Source: an uncultured Candidatus Rokubacteria bacterium (GTDB lineage Bacteria; Methylomirabilota; Methylomirabilia; Rokubacteriales; CSP1-6). Taken from it: DNA of 64,000 nucleotides. Both the position numbers and the translations under genes were made by a program. The DNA is taken from the NCBI GenBank assembly GCA_963762145.1, contig CAVXJS010000021.1, positions 1,024,001 to 1,088,000 of the forward strand. The letters run 5' to 3'. Of this stretch, positions 41,715 to 51,617 are shown piece by piece; the stretch's first letter is position 1; each line of letters begins with the position of its first letter. The notes beneath the pieces were generated by a model, which saw nothing but the letters and a program-made list of their open reading frames with translations, was not told the DNA's origin and did no database searches.

Positions 41715-42287
41715 ATGAATCCACTTGGGAAAATCGTCACGGTTGGCATCGCTGTCGTAACGGGCACTTCGCTCCTTACGGGTGTCACGACCGCCTATAT
41801 TCTCCGGTCTCCGGCGCCGGCCGCGCCGCTGACCGCGACCTACGCCTCCGCCGACGTCCGCCGGGCACCCGAGGGCGTGAGGGCTCGAGTGGTGCCTGCG
41901 GTAAGCCGGACCACGGAGAGCACCCCTCGACCGGTTCCGGTGGCCGCGACGTCCTCGGAATGCGCCACGGGCAGTGATCGCGTCTGGCGTATCGCCAAGC
42001 CGGGCGCGCTCGGTGGTCTCCTCGGCGCGGGCGTCGGCGCCGCCGGCGGTGCCATCGCCGATGGCGGTTCGGGTGCGGGCAAGGGGGCCTTGATCGGCGG
42101 CTTGCTCGGAGCGGCGAGCGGCGCCGGCTACGGCGCCTACAAGACCAAGAACGAGTGCGGAACGATCTTCGGCAATAGCGGCTTCACCAACGGCGGTACC
42201 GGCGCGGCGGAGCGCGGACCGGTGACCGAGAACGCCCTTCGGCCCCGCGCCGCCGCTGACGACCTCACCATCTATCCCGTTCGCTGA
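41715..42287 (+). CDS. Glycine-zipper domain protein
   Basis: GGLLGAGVGAAGGAIA...GALIGGLLGAASGAGYG flanked by two Cys. Confidence 0.75.
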   Translation: MNPLGKIVTVGIAVVTGTSLLTGVTTAYILRSPAPAAPLTATYASADVRRAPEGVRARVVPAVSRTTESTPRPVPVAATSSECATGSDRVWRIAKPGALGGLLGAGVGAAGGAIADGGSGAGKGALIGGLLGAASGAGYGAYKTKNECGTIFGNSGFTNGGTGAAERGPVTENALRPRAAADDLTIYPVR

Positions 42288-42291
42288 GCGT

Positions 42292-42879
42292 TCACGTCAA
42301 GCTGGATCTCCCACGGGCACCGAGGCTCCTCGGTGCCCGTGGTGCTCCTGACTTGATCCTCGCGGCCTCCTTTACCCTCGTCCGATCGAAGAATACGAGG
42401 CGCGGCACGACGCGACGATTCTTGATGTCGAGAATCGCGTAGGAGTACCGACTCTGGGCCCGCTTGTCGGTTGGAGAGCCAGGGTTCACGAGCCAGATCC
42501 CACCACGCCGCTCGCACATGGGCTGGTGGCTGTGCCCGAAGCAGATCACGTCGACCTCGTCCGGCTCGAACGCGCGCAGGCTCCGGCTCATCGTGGTGCC
42601 GTGCATCCCATCACCATGGACCATGCCGATTCGGACCCCGCCGAGCGTCACGATCTTGCGCCGGCCGAAGCGCTGGACAAGGTCGGGAGGGTCGTTGTTC
42701 CCGGCCACCGCTTCGACTGGAGCCACCGCCTCGAGGAGGCGGGGAATCTCCGACCCCGTGAAGTCACCGAGGTGCAGGATCAATGCGACGCGTTCCTCGC
42801 TGAGGCCCCGGCAGAGCCCCGCGGGGAGCCGATCACCGAAGCGGGGTAGGTGCGTATCCGACACCACGCCGACCTTCAC
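42292..42879 (-). CDS. Metallophosphoesterase (YfcE-like)
   Basis: SDTH, HLGD, GNND, VHG, GHSH, NPGS. Confidence 0.9.
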   Translation of the reverse strand: MKVGVVSDTHLPRFGDRLPAGLCRGLSEERVALILHLGDFTGSEIPRLLEAVAPVEAVAGNNDPPDLVQRFGRRKIVTLGGVRIGMVHGDGMHGTTMSRSLRAFEPDEVDVICFGHSHQPMCERRGGIWLVNPGSPTDKRAQSRYSYAILDIKNRRVVPRLVFFDRTRVKEAARIKSGAPRAPRSLGARGRSSLT

Positions 42880-42916
42880 GTCGCCCGCCCGTCAACAACG
42901 TGAATGCCGAACCGCA

Positions 42917-43636
42917 TCACCGCCGTCCGGTGCCGCTCTCGGTTTCCTCGGACACGCCGATGCCGAACGTTTCCAGGAAACCGCGCTTCCCCGAGGCGGT
43001 CACCACCACCGCGCCCCCGTCCTTCATCCTCTCCATCCAGCCGAGATCGAAGCACCGTTTCGCAAGCGCGGCGCCGACCGCGCCCGCGATGTGCGGCCGT
43101 CGTTCGGTCCAGTCAAGACATAATCGGCAAAAGTGACGGCCCTCTGAACCCAATGCCGACAGGTCGATACCGAATCCCGTGAAAAATCGAGTCCCCGACG
43201 GCGTGACTTCAGCGGTCTCGTCACGGGCCACGATGTACTCGTGCGTGACGAGAGAATCGGTCAGATCGACGCTCAGACGGCCGGCGAGGTGGTCGTAGCA
43301 GATTCGGGCCGTGCTGAGCGCGCGTGCGCGAGGGGAGAGCGGACGGTAGCGTGGCCGGTTTTCGAGCGCGACGGCCATGATCCCCTCGAGCATCTCGGCG
43401 ACTCTCGGCGACGCGAGGCGGAAATACCGGTACCGACCGTCCCTCATCGGCGCCACCAGCCCCGCCTCGGCGAGCTTCGCCAAGTGCGTGCTGGCGGTCT
43501 GAGGCGTCACCCGCGCCGCCTGGGCCAGCTCGGTCGCGGTAAGAGCGCGACCATCCAGAAGCGCGGAGAGCATGGTCGCTCGGGCCGGCTCTCCGACCAG
43601 CCCCGCGATCTCGGCAATCAAGGGCCCGGTGATCAT
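42917..43636 (-). CDS. ArsR family transcriptional regulator
   Basis: TATELA...TASTHL, GRYRYF, RICYDHLAG, CLDWTERRPH. Confidence 0.9.
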   Translation of the reverse strand: MITGPLIAEIAGLVGEPARATMLSALLDGRALTATELAQAARVTPQTASTHLAKLAEAGLVAPMRDGRYRYFRLASPRVAEMLEGIMAVALENRPRYRPLSPRARALSTARICYDHLAGRLSVDLTDSLVTHEYIVARDETAEVTPSGTRFFTGFGIDLSALGSEGRHFCRLCLDWTERRPHIAGAVGAALAKRCFDLGWMERMKDGGAVVVTASGKRGFLETFGIGVSEETESGTGRR

Positions 43637-43765
43637 CGGCGCAATGTAGCACCCGGTACGGCCGGCTCTCAAGTGACCACTTCGGCGGTGATCGAAGTGT
43701 CCATCGGCGTGTCCGGCCGCTTTCGGAGGTATGATCGCGTCCATGATCCGCCCGAGGAGGTGGCC

Positions 43766-44320
43766 ATGCTTGAGGGGAAGACACGTATTCCGCCGGTCGA
43801 CGTCGAGACGCTGCCGGACGACCTACGCGAAGTGCTGGAAACACAACGCAAGCTCTACGGCGCGCCGCTCCATCCGTACCTCTTCTACGCGCGCAACCCT
43901 ACGTATTTCCGCGCCGCGCAGGGGATGTGGACCGCCCTGCAACAGCACACGAAGCGCGTGCCCGGGACGCTCCGGGCTTTGCTCAACCGCCGCGTCGCCT
44001 GGTGGAACGGCTGCGAGTTCTGACAGGACGCCAACGCTGCCGTGGGCAGCCGGCTCGGCGTCTCGACGGAGAAGCTCGAGGCGCTCAACGACTACGCGAA
44101 GAGCCCGCTCTTCAGCGACCCGGAGAAGGTGGCGCTCGAATACGCCGACACGATCACGGACACGCGGCGCGACGTCGACGACGAGCTCTTCGCGCGGGTG
44201 CAACGGCACTACGACGACGACACCATCGCGGAGATGACGATGATCATCGCGTGGGAGAACTCGTCCTCGCGCTTCAACCGGGCGTTCCGCGTCCCGTCGC
44301 AAGGGCTCTGGAAGCGGTGA
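43766..44320 (+). CDS. AhpD/carboxymuconolactone decarboxylase family selenoprotein (CxxU, UGA at 44021-44023)
   Basis: GAGGAGG RBS and ATG 43766; ...RVAWWNGCEF-TGA-QDANAAVG...EKVALEYAD...WENSSSRFNRAF in a single frame. Confidence 0.85.
44027..44062 (+). promoter_or_regulatory. Bacterial SECIS-like hairpin
   Basis: Lower stem GACGCC/GGCGTC, upper stem GCTGCC/GGCAGC, apical loop GTG starting 18 nt after the UGA. Confidence 0.75.
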
Positions 44321-44329
44321 CCAGCTCCT

Positions 44330-44995
44330 TCAGACGGGCTCGGTGCGACCCCAGACGACGGCGAGCACCGTCGCGCCATTCTTGGTCGTGACGGTGTGCA
44401 CGCAGCCGTTGGGACGGTAGTTCATCTGGCCGGTCGCCACGACGCCCGATTCGTCCGCATTCGCGCCCTCGACGAGGAAGATCAGCTCGTCGCCGACGTG
44501 GCGATGCGGCGGGAGCGTCGCCCCCGGCTCGAAGCGCGCCAGCAGCGCACGGCGCTCGGTGCCCTTGTCCTCCCAGATCCGCTTCTGGCGGACTCCGGGG
44601 CGCGTCTCGATCCACGGCACCTCGCTCAGCGTGAAGATCTGCGACGGCGGCGCGCTCGCCGAGGCCGTGGCACTCTCGATGTCACCGGTGAGCACGGCCA
44701 GCACCGTCGCGCCGTTCTTGCTCGTGACGGTATGGACGCACCCGTCGGGACGGTAGCCCACGTTCCCGGCGGTCACCGTCCCGGACTCGTCCGAGACCGC
44801 TCCTTCGATGACGAAGATCAGCTCGTCGCCGACGTGACGATGGAGAGGGAGCTGTGCGCCCGGCGAGAAGCGGGTCAACTGCGCCCGCCGCTTCGTGGCC
44901 GGGTCCTGCCAGAGGATCTTGAAGCTGATCCCGGGCCGATGCTCCTGCCACCCAATGTCGCCGACCGCGATGATCTGTGATCGTGGTGTCGTCAT
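44330..44995 (-). CDS. Tandem ChrR-like cupin protein
   Basis: Two repeats of PG..LP.HRHVGDELIF..EG...DESG...YRP.GCVHTVT.KNGATVLAV. Confidence 0.85.
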   Translation of the reverse strand: MTTPRSQIIAVGDIGWQEHRPGISFKILWQDPATKRRAQLTRFSPGAQLPLHRHVGDELIFVIEGAVSDESGTVTAGNVGYRPDGCVHTVTSKNGATVLAVLTGDIESATASASAPPSQIFTLSEVPWIETRPGVRQKRIWEDKGTERRALLARFEPGATLPPHRHVGDELIFLVEGANADESGVVATGQMNYRPNGCVHTVTTKNGATVLAVVWGRTEPV

Positions 44996-45029
44996 CGTGC
45001 ACCCCTTCGCTGCTGCGTTAGCATATCCG

Positions 45030-45078
45030 GGTCAGGACAGGTGGCGAGAGCTTAGTCTCGGAGACCGGAGGCGGTCAA
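45030..45078 (-). promoter_or_regulatory. Sigma70-like promoter with shared leader motif (copy 3)
   Basis: Minus strand TTGACC-N18-TAAGCT-CTCGCCACCTGTCCTGACC. Confidence 0.7.
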
Positions 45079-45151
45079 GACTCCCGACGTGACGGGCTCT
45101 CCCCGGCTCCCCCGTGCTAAGATGTAACGGTTGCTTCCTGCCCGCGTCGCC

Positions 45152-45923
45152 ATGCTCGCGCGATCAACCCGTTTGTTCTTCATCCTCACCGCGGCGCTCG
45201 TCGCCGCATGCGATTCGGCGCCAGCCTTGTCGCCGCCCGAGACCTTCGACTGGGCCGGCCAGCACATCTCGCTCGCCCCGCCGCCGGCCGGTTGGCGCCG
45301 CGAGGGCCAGTCGAGCGGGGGCATCCGGGGCGTGCGCTTCGTCAAGGAGCGCTCGGTCGGCGAAGCCATCGGCGTTGGCGACTACTATCTGCTCGCCAAT
45401 CGCCTCCGCCGGGCGCGGCTGCAGGAGATCATCGACACAGTTCGAGACGTTCGACCGCCGCGACTTCGAGAAGGCTCTGCGGCAAGCGTATGCCCACACC
45501 GACTCCCCGTTCTCCCCGCTCGAGGCCGACGTGGCCGCGGACATCAACGCGGCCCTTGGACGCGCGGCGACCGCTTTCCGGATGAACGACCGTGACGGAG
45601 CGCGGACCGAGCTACGCGTGGCGCTGGGCGCGGCCGAGCGCCTGGGCTTCAGGCTCGGCGACGTGCTCGATGCCGTCGTGTTCACGCCGGAGCGCCGCGA
45701 GGAACCGCAACGATGGTCAGTCGTCGGACGCCGCGAGGCGACGATCGGCGGCGAACCGGCCGTCATCGTCGACTACACGTTCCAGACGCCCGAGCGCAAA
45801 CTGTACGGGCGCGAGGCCTACGTCGTACACGACAGCCACCTCTTCGTGGCGACGTTCCTCGGGCTCGAGGAGAATCTGCGGGTGTTCGATCGTGTCGTCG
45901 AGAGCATCCGGTTCTCGCGATGA
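45152..45923 (+). CDS. Hypothetical lipoprotein, frameshift near 45437
   Basis: Lipobox LVAAC-DS; continues in another frame to FDRVVESIRF. Confidence 0.65.
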
Positions 45924-46666
45924 GGACGCGTGGATCCTCGCTTGTCATCGCGCTGCTCCTGGCACTGCTGGCGGGCTGTGACTCGCGGGAAGCCCCGCGC
46001 GCATTCGAGCTTGGACCGCATCGGGGGCAAGTCCGCGTTCCGCCCGGCTGGGCGGCGCTCGACCAGGGAAGGCAATGGCGCCTGCGTAAGGGCGAAGCAG
46101 AGCTCGTCCTCCAGGACCTGGGCGCCGCCGGACCGCAGGGCATCCGGCGCGAGGTGGATCGCGCGCGCGAGCTGTGGCGGGCGGGTCGCGTAGAGGAAGC
46201 GCGGTGGCGCCTGCGCAACGTGATGGTGCCGCGGGAGCTGTTTCCCACTGCCGTGGAGCGCGAGGCGTTCTGGGCGGCGTGGTCCACGTTCTTCAGCGAC
46301 GCGGCGAAGGTGGTGCCTTACGCGGAGATCGATCCCACCTTCAGTGACGTGCTGGCCAGGGTCGATGCGTTGCCGGCGCCGGACCTGCCGGCACTGGCGG
46401 ACGCGGGATTGAAGGCGCTGGGCCACGACCAGCGGCGCGACGTGAAGTCGCGGCAGTCGCTCACGGTGGGCGGGCGCGATGCCCTCGACGTCGACACCTG
46501 GAACCGCCTGTCACACGCGAACCCCCAGCGGTTCCTCTTCATTGCCCACGACGGTTACCTGCTGGCGCTGTACACCGCGCGCCAGGCCGATGCGGAGGCG
46601 CTCAGCGCGTTCGCGTCAGTACGCGATTCGCTTCACTTCGCCGCCGCCGACAGCGCGCGCCGGTAG
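45920..46666 (+). CDS. Hypothetical lipoprotein
   Basis: Lipobox LLAGC-DS, VPPGW, ends FASVRDSLHF; ATGA overlap with the previous gene. Confidence 0.7.
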   Translation: MRTRGSSLVIALLLALLAGCDSREAPRAFELGPHRGQVRVPPGWAALDQGRQWRLRKGEAELVLQDLGAAGPQGIRREVDRARELWRAGRVEEARWRLRNVMVPRELFPTAVEREAFWAAWSTFFSDAAKVVPYAEIDPTFSDVLARVDALPAPDLPALADAGLKALGHDQRRDVKSRQSLTVGGRDALDVDTWNRLSHANPQRFLFIAHDGYLLALYTARQADAEALSAFASVRDSLHFAAADSARR

Positions 46667-47748
46667 ATGGCCTGCGGGCCCTCGCGCACGCGCGCCCCCG
46701 CCGCCCAGAGCGTCGCTCCGCCCTCCACGAACAACACGCGCAGCTCCTCGCCGGCGATGTCGGCGTCCACCGCCCACTTCGCCCCTCCATCCTGTGTGCG
46801 CAGGATGAGCGACCGGCCGAGGCCAGCGTAGTAGCCGGTGGCCCAGCCACGGCGGGGGTCGACGAAACGCACCGCACTCAGAGTCAGTCCCGGTGTCCGG
46901 TCGCCGGCGTCGATCACGTCGACCTTGCCGGCGCGCGGAATGTGCTCGAGCTTCGGCGCGGAGCGCGCGTCGGCGAGGCCCGTGTCCTGGCGGACCCAGG
47001 TGCTACCGCCGTCGCGCGTCGCGAGGATGGTTCCCTCCTCGCCCACCACCCATCCGTGGTGGTCGTCGACGAAGAAGACGTCGCGCAAGGTCGGGCGGTC
47101 GGCGGCGGGCAACGGCGGCGCCGCGGACTCCCACGTGATGCCACCGTCGACCGTGTACATGAGCGTTCCATGCATGCCGGCCAGCCAGCCCGTCCGGTCG
47201 TCGAGCAGATGGATCGCCCATCCCGAGACCCGGCCGCTTCCGCGGGAGGGGCTCAATCGGCGCCAGTGCTGACCGGCGTCCATCGTGCCCAGCACGCCGC
47301 CGTGCCCGACGGCCCAGCCTCGTTCCTCGTCGATGAAGCTGAAGGCGTTGAGGTACTCGCTCCCGCTACCGTGGCGGACCAGCGCCCAGTTCTCGCCGCC
47401 GTCGCGGGTGGCGAAGATCGCGCCGTCACCCGTGGCGACGAGCCCGCGCTGCGTCTCGAAAAAGCGCACCGCCGTGGCCTGGAGGCGCCCGACCGGTGTC
47501 TCGGCGAGGTTGCTGGAGAAGTGCCACGTCCTGCCGCCGTCGCGCGTGCGGCCGATCAGCCCTCCCGGGATGTTGTAGTTGCCGCCCACGATCCAGCCGT
47601 TCTGCGGGTCGGTGAACCAGATTCCGCGGAAATCCGCCATGGTCCCGAGCGGAAGCGCTTCCCATGCCGACGGCGGCTTGCCCAGGCCACAACCGGCCGC
47701 GAGCAGCATGCCCGCGCCGAGAATGAGGGCCCGCTCGCGCGATCTCAT
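46633..47748 (-). CDS. YCF48-related beta-propeller lipoprotein
   Basis: LAAGC lipobox; repeated F.D...GW.VG..G....T.DGG..W. Confidence 0.85.
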   Translation of the reverse strand: MRSRERALILGAGMLLAAGCGLGKPPSAWEALPLGTMADFRGIWFTDPQNGWIVGGNYNIPGGLIGRTRDGGRTWHFSSNLAETPVGRLQATAVRFFETQRGLVATGDGAIFATRDGGENWALVRHGSGSEYLNAFSFIDEERGWAVGHGGVLGTMDAGQHWRRLSPSRGSGRVSGWAIHLLDDRTGWLAGMHGTLMYTVDGGITWESAAPPLPAADRPTLRDVFFVDDHHGWVVGEEGTILATRDGGSTWVRQDTGLADARSAPKLEHIPRAGKVDVIDAGDRTPGLTLSAVRFVDPRRGWATGYYAGLGRSLILRTQDGGAKWAVDADIAGEELRVLFVEGGATLWAAGARVREGPQAIYRRALSAAAK

Positions 47749-47790
47749 GTGTCGATCATGCGACACGCGTGATTTCCCCGCCAGGCCAAG

Positions 47791-49186
47791 CTAGGCGATC
47801 AGCCCGAGCAGTTCCTGGCGGGTGGGTCCTGGTGGGGACATCGGCGGCCGACCTGCGGCAACTTCGAGCACCCGATCGACGAAGCCGGCGCGGCCGAACA
47901 CCTCCGACGGGAGGGTAAGGACTTGCCGGATCTCCAGAAGAGCGCGGAACAGGTCGGCGTCGTGGACCACCGCTCGACCGAAGGCGTCCATGATCGGCGG
48001 CACGGGGTCCGGTGACACGCCCCGGATGGCGGCCTCCATCTCGCGGAAGCGCTGCCGGTCGGTCTGCAGAGTGGCCTCATGCCAGGGCTGGAGATGCTCG
48101 GTGGTATCGGCATCCCACGCGGCCGCCAGCGCGACCGGGCGGTCGATACCGGCCCGCACCAGCTCGCGGAGGCGGACGCAATGAAGCAGCCCCATGGCGC
48201 TGCCCCGCCCGAGCGATGGGTTGGTGCAGGCCCAAGCGTCCCCCACCGCCAACCGGTGACCACTGGCGCTCCGTCGACGACATAGCTCCGTCGCCGATCG
48301 GCTCCGCTGACCATGGAGAGCATCTCGCCGATCGGGTCGCCATCGAGCCAGTGGGCGTGGAGGGGGCAGGCGCGCAGCACCCGCCCGAATACCTCGGGGT
48401 CTCTGAAGCGCCGGGTGGGGGCGTCAGCGGCGGACGCGTAGAGGGTCACCGACCAGGTATCGTTGTCGGCCGGCAGTGTCAGTAGCGAGATCGACCCGAG
48501 GGGAGTCAGCACCGGCGCCACGATGGCAGGCATGCCACCGGGGCGGTGGAAGTATCGGCCGTAGTACGCGAAGCCGCTGTCCTCGGCCTCCTCGTGAGGA
48601 GATCTTCCCCCCAGCGCTTCGAGCAGCCGTGGCAGCGGCGAACGGCGGCCCATCGCATCGATCGTCAGGCGGCCCGGATGGTCTCGCCGCTGGCGGTCCG
48701 CACGCCCACGACGTGAGGTACGCCGGCTGCCGCGGCCGGGCCCGTCAACAGCTCGGCCACCGTGCTGCCACGACGGAGCGATACCCGCGGCTCGCGCGCA
48801 GCGATACCGGCCATCACGTACTCCGTCGTGGACCGGCGGGCGGTGATGATCCCGAAGCGTTCGTCGCCAGGGCGAGGCGCCCGGTCGGCGATGGCGGACG
48901 GAAGGTCGTCGATGAAGTTGTGGCGCCAGCCTCCGGCCCCCTCCATCGCGCGGACGACGTCTGGCAGCTCTGCCTCGAGCAGGCGGGCGAAGCGCGCCAG
49001 GTAGATGTGGGCCAATCGGAACTGGGCCACGCCGCGACGGTCCCACCGCTCCCAGGCCTCCGCGACAGTGGCCGGAGGGGCTTCCGGATCGCGCTCGAGC
49101 ACGGTCACGGTATGGCCATCCCGGGCCAGCAGCAGTGCCGAGGCCAGCCCGCACAGCCCGCCGCCCATCACTATGATGTCCGCCAT
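47791..49186 (-). CDS. FAD-dependent oxidoreductase, frameshifts near 48668 and 48254
   Basis: GGGLCG, DAMGRRS and VGDAWACTNPSLGRG across three frames. Confidence 0.8.
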
Positions 49187-49211
49187 TTCGGCCTCCTCGT
49201 CCGGTCACCGG

Positions 49212-49952
49212 TCATGCAATCGCCCGCTCGTAGACGCTGACGTGGCGCCAGCTGCTCGCGGTGTACGGCTCACCGTTCCAGCCTCCCCATCGCTCGCGCA
49301 GTCGAAGACCAGCGATACGAGCCATCAGGTCGAACTCGGGCGGGTGGGCCAGGCGCATCCGGATGGGGCTGAAGACGAGGCCGTCGGCGCTGATGCGGAC
49401 GTGATTCTCGTCGAGGATCTGCGTGACGGGATCGTACCGGCAGACATCCAGCACGACGTGGTCGACCCCGACGTGTTCGGCGTCGACGAACTGGTGGCCT
49501 GGTCGTGAGGGAGAGGTCGGTACCCGGCACTCGAGAACGAACACGCCATCGTCGGTCAGGTGGCGGGCGGCGTTCTCGAAGCATCGAACCTGGTCGTCCT
49601 GCGTGAGCAGGTTGCCGATCGTGTTGTACACCAGGTAGACGAGCCCGTAGGTGCGTCCGGTTGTGACGCGGGACATGTCGCCCATGGTCACCTCGACGTT
49701 GTTTCCGTCCGGCTTCTCGCGCATCCGGTCGACCATGTGCCGGGACATCTCGATGCCGTCCACGCGCACGCCGGCTCCCGCGAGCGGCAAGGCGATACGG
49801 CCGGTGCCCACCGCGAACTCCAGCGCGTCCCGCTGGCCGGCGAGCCGGGCGAGGAACCCGACGGTCTGTTCCTCGTCACCTCGGGTGTCGACGGCGTCGT
49901 AGCGCTTCGACACGTCATATCCGAAGCTCGTACTGGGGTCGAAGCCCTCCAT
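49212..49952 (-). CDS. Class I SAM-dependent methyltransferase
   Basis: LEFAVGTGRIALPL, GDM, YNTIGNL. Confidence 0.9.
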   Translation of the reverse strand: MEGFDPSTSFGYDVSKRYDAVDTRGDEEQTVGFLARLAGQRDALEFAVGTGRIALPLAGAGVRVDGIEMSRHMVDRMREKPDGNNVEVTMGDMSRVTTGRTYGLVYLVYNTIGNLLTQDDQVRCFENAARHLTDDGVFVLECRVPTSPSRPGHQFVDAEHVGVDHVVLDVCRYDPVTQILDENHVRISADGLVFSPIRMRLAHPPEFDLMARIAGLRLRERWGGWNGEPYTASSWRHVSVYERAIA

Positions 49953-50078
49953 GTCGGTCCCCCTGCTCGAATTATCCGCTGCCCGTCTACTCCTACCTGG
50001 GAAGGCCGGCTCCGCTGAACACGCACCGGTGGTGCTTCAAGACGACAGAGCAGCGGTGAAGGTGGGACAGCCCCTCGC

Positions 50079-50447
50079 TCAGCTAGGCCTCACGAGAAGG
50101 CCGTGGACGCGGGCAAGCAGCTCATCGATGCCCAGTGGCTTGGCGAGAACTACGGCCGCGGTCGTCTGAAGGAATTCCGATTCGATGGGGCTGTCGCCGT
50201 ATCCGGTCATGAACAGCACGACCGGCCGTGGGGGCACCAGCTGCGCGATGACGCGGGAGACCGCCCGCCCGTCGACCTCCGGCATCCGCACGTCGCAGAC
50301 GACCAGGTCGTACACGGTCCGCTTCAGCTGGTCGACGGCCGCCCGCCCGCTAAAGACCGCCTTCGCCGCGTGCCCGGCATCCCTGAGCACGGCCTGTACC
50401 AGCTCGGCTACGTCTTCCTGGTCGTCCACCACGAGGATACGGGCCAT
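50079..50447 (-). CDS. Single-domain response regulator receiver
   Basis: ILVVDD, CDVRMP, MTG, AKP. Confidence 0.9.
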   Translation of the reverse strand: MARILVVDDQEDVAELVQAVLRDAGHAAKAVFSGRAAVDQLKRTVYDLVVCDVRMPEVDGRAVSRVIAQLVPPRPVVLFMTGYGDSPIESEFLQTTAAVVLAKPLGIDELLARVHGLLVRPS

Positions 50448-50478
50448 GTGGTCAAACTACCGTCGACGCAAACGGCGT

Positions 50479-50721
50479 CTACCGGTTCCAGGATGACGGT
50501 CGATGGGCGATCTCCTCGCTGGGCGCCACGAGGAGATGCGGAGGAGGGCTGGCTACGGTGTGGGCGTCGGCAGTCCAGTGGTCCTGAAGCCACAGCACCC
50601 ACGCGCACTCGGCGGAGACCGCCATCGTGAGGACGAGCAGCCAGGAGAGCAGGGTGATCCGTCTTGCTTGCGACGGAGTTTGCGCTACCCCGGGACCGTA
50701 TTGCTCGACAGTCCTACTCAT
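50479..50721 (-). CDS. Small secreted hypothetical protein (SAECAWVLW motif)
   Basis: Signal-peptide-like stretch followed by AECAWVLW; AGGGG RBS. Confidence 0.45.
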   Translation of the reverse strand: MSRTVEQYGPGVAQTPSQARRITLLSWLLVLTMAVSAECAWVLWLQDHWTADAHTVASPPPHLLVAPSEEIAHRPSSWNR

Positions 50722-50956
50722 CGTATCCCCCTGGCTCGCCACGCCTCCCGGTGCTAGTCCCCTGACGGCCTTGGCCGTGCTCTCAGTGGGGCCGCCTCTC
50801 GACTCGTCGCGTTTCACTTCATCCCACCATATCCCGATCCCTATTTTTCTCGTGTGGGCCGTCCGGGGGCGTTGAGGGCGGGTGAATCCGGCACAAGTGG
50901 GGACAATCGTTGACCGTTTCGAAGCGCTGCGGAAGGAGGACCCGGCCGCCCCGTGG

Positions 50957-51481
50957 CTAAGCCGGGTTCGGACCCTGGAGTATCGCGCGTATGGTCTGTT
51001 CCAGGCGTCGCACGCGACGCGACAAGATCGTGAGGATTCGCCTCATCAGCTCCGGGGTCTCATCCAGCAGCCGCCAAAAGTGGGAGCGATCCACGACGAG
51101 CAGACGGAGATCGGTTGCCGCCACGATCGTCGCGGATCGGGGCTCCCCATCCACCAGGCTCATCTCGCCAAAACAATCTCCTGGCTGTAACTGGCTACCA
51201 GCCCCGACCGGAGTCCGTACTGCCGCCATGCCGTCTATGATGATGAAGAACGAATCACCCGCATCGCCAATCTGAGTGATGACAGTTCCCGCCGAAGCGT
51301 CGACGATCCTCGAGTGTTCGGCGACCCGGCGAAGCTCGTCCTCATTGAACCCGCTGAAGAGCGGAACTCGCTGCAGATGGCGTAGCTGAGCATCGCCGAC
51401 GGGCTCGGGCGCGCCCGCGTAGGCCGGCTCGGCCTCATCCGGATCATGGAAAGGCAGGCGAATTCGCGGGTCGATCTCCAT
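50957..51481 (-). CDS. Stand-alone cyclic nucleotide-binding domain protein
   Basis: VPLFSG, GD.GDSFFII..G, GDCFGEMSL...RSAT. Confidence 0.88.
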   Translation of the reverse strand: MEIDPRIRLPFHDPDEAEPAYAGAPEPVGDAQLRHLQRVPLFSGFNEDELRRVAEHSRIVDASAGTVITQIGDAGDSFFIIIDGMAAVRTPVGAGSQLQPGDCFGEMSLVDGEPRSATIVAATDLRLLVVDRSHFWRLLDETPELMRRILTILSRRVRRLEQTIRAILQGPNPA

Positions 51482-51617
51482 TCGACACCTCCTACTTTCT
51501 CCGGCGCTAAGGTTCTTACTTGGAAGGACGCCCCATGCCCTCGAAGTTACTCGTTTGGAAGCCGGCCCGTACAGCTCATTCTATGGTCCCGGTTGCGGTA
51601 CCGTTTGCCAGGCGTAT

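Noticed and set aside
48665-48667. TGA ending the first FAD-oxidoreductase fragment as a Sec or readthrough site
   Set aside because: The protein continues in a different frame (IRA-D-LTIDAMG), which points to a one-base deletion
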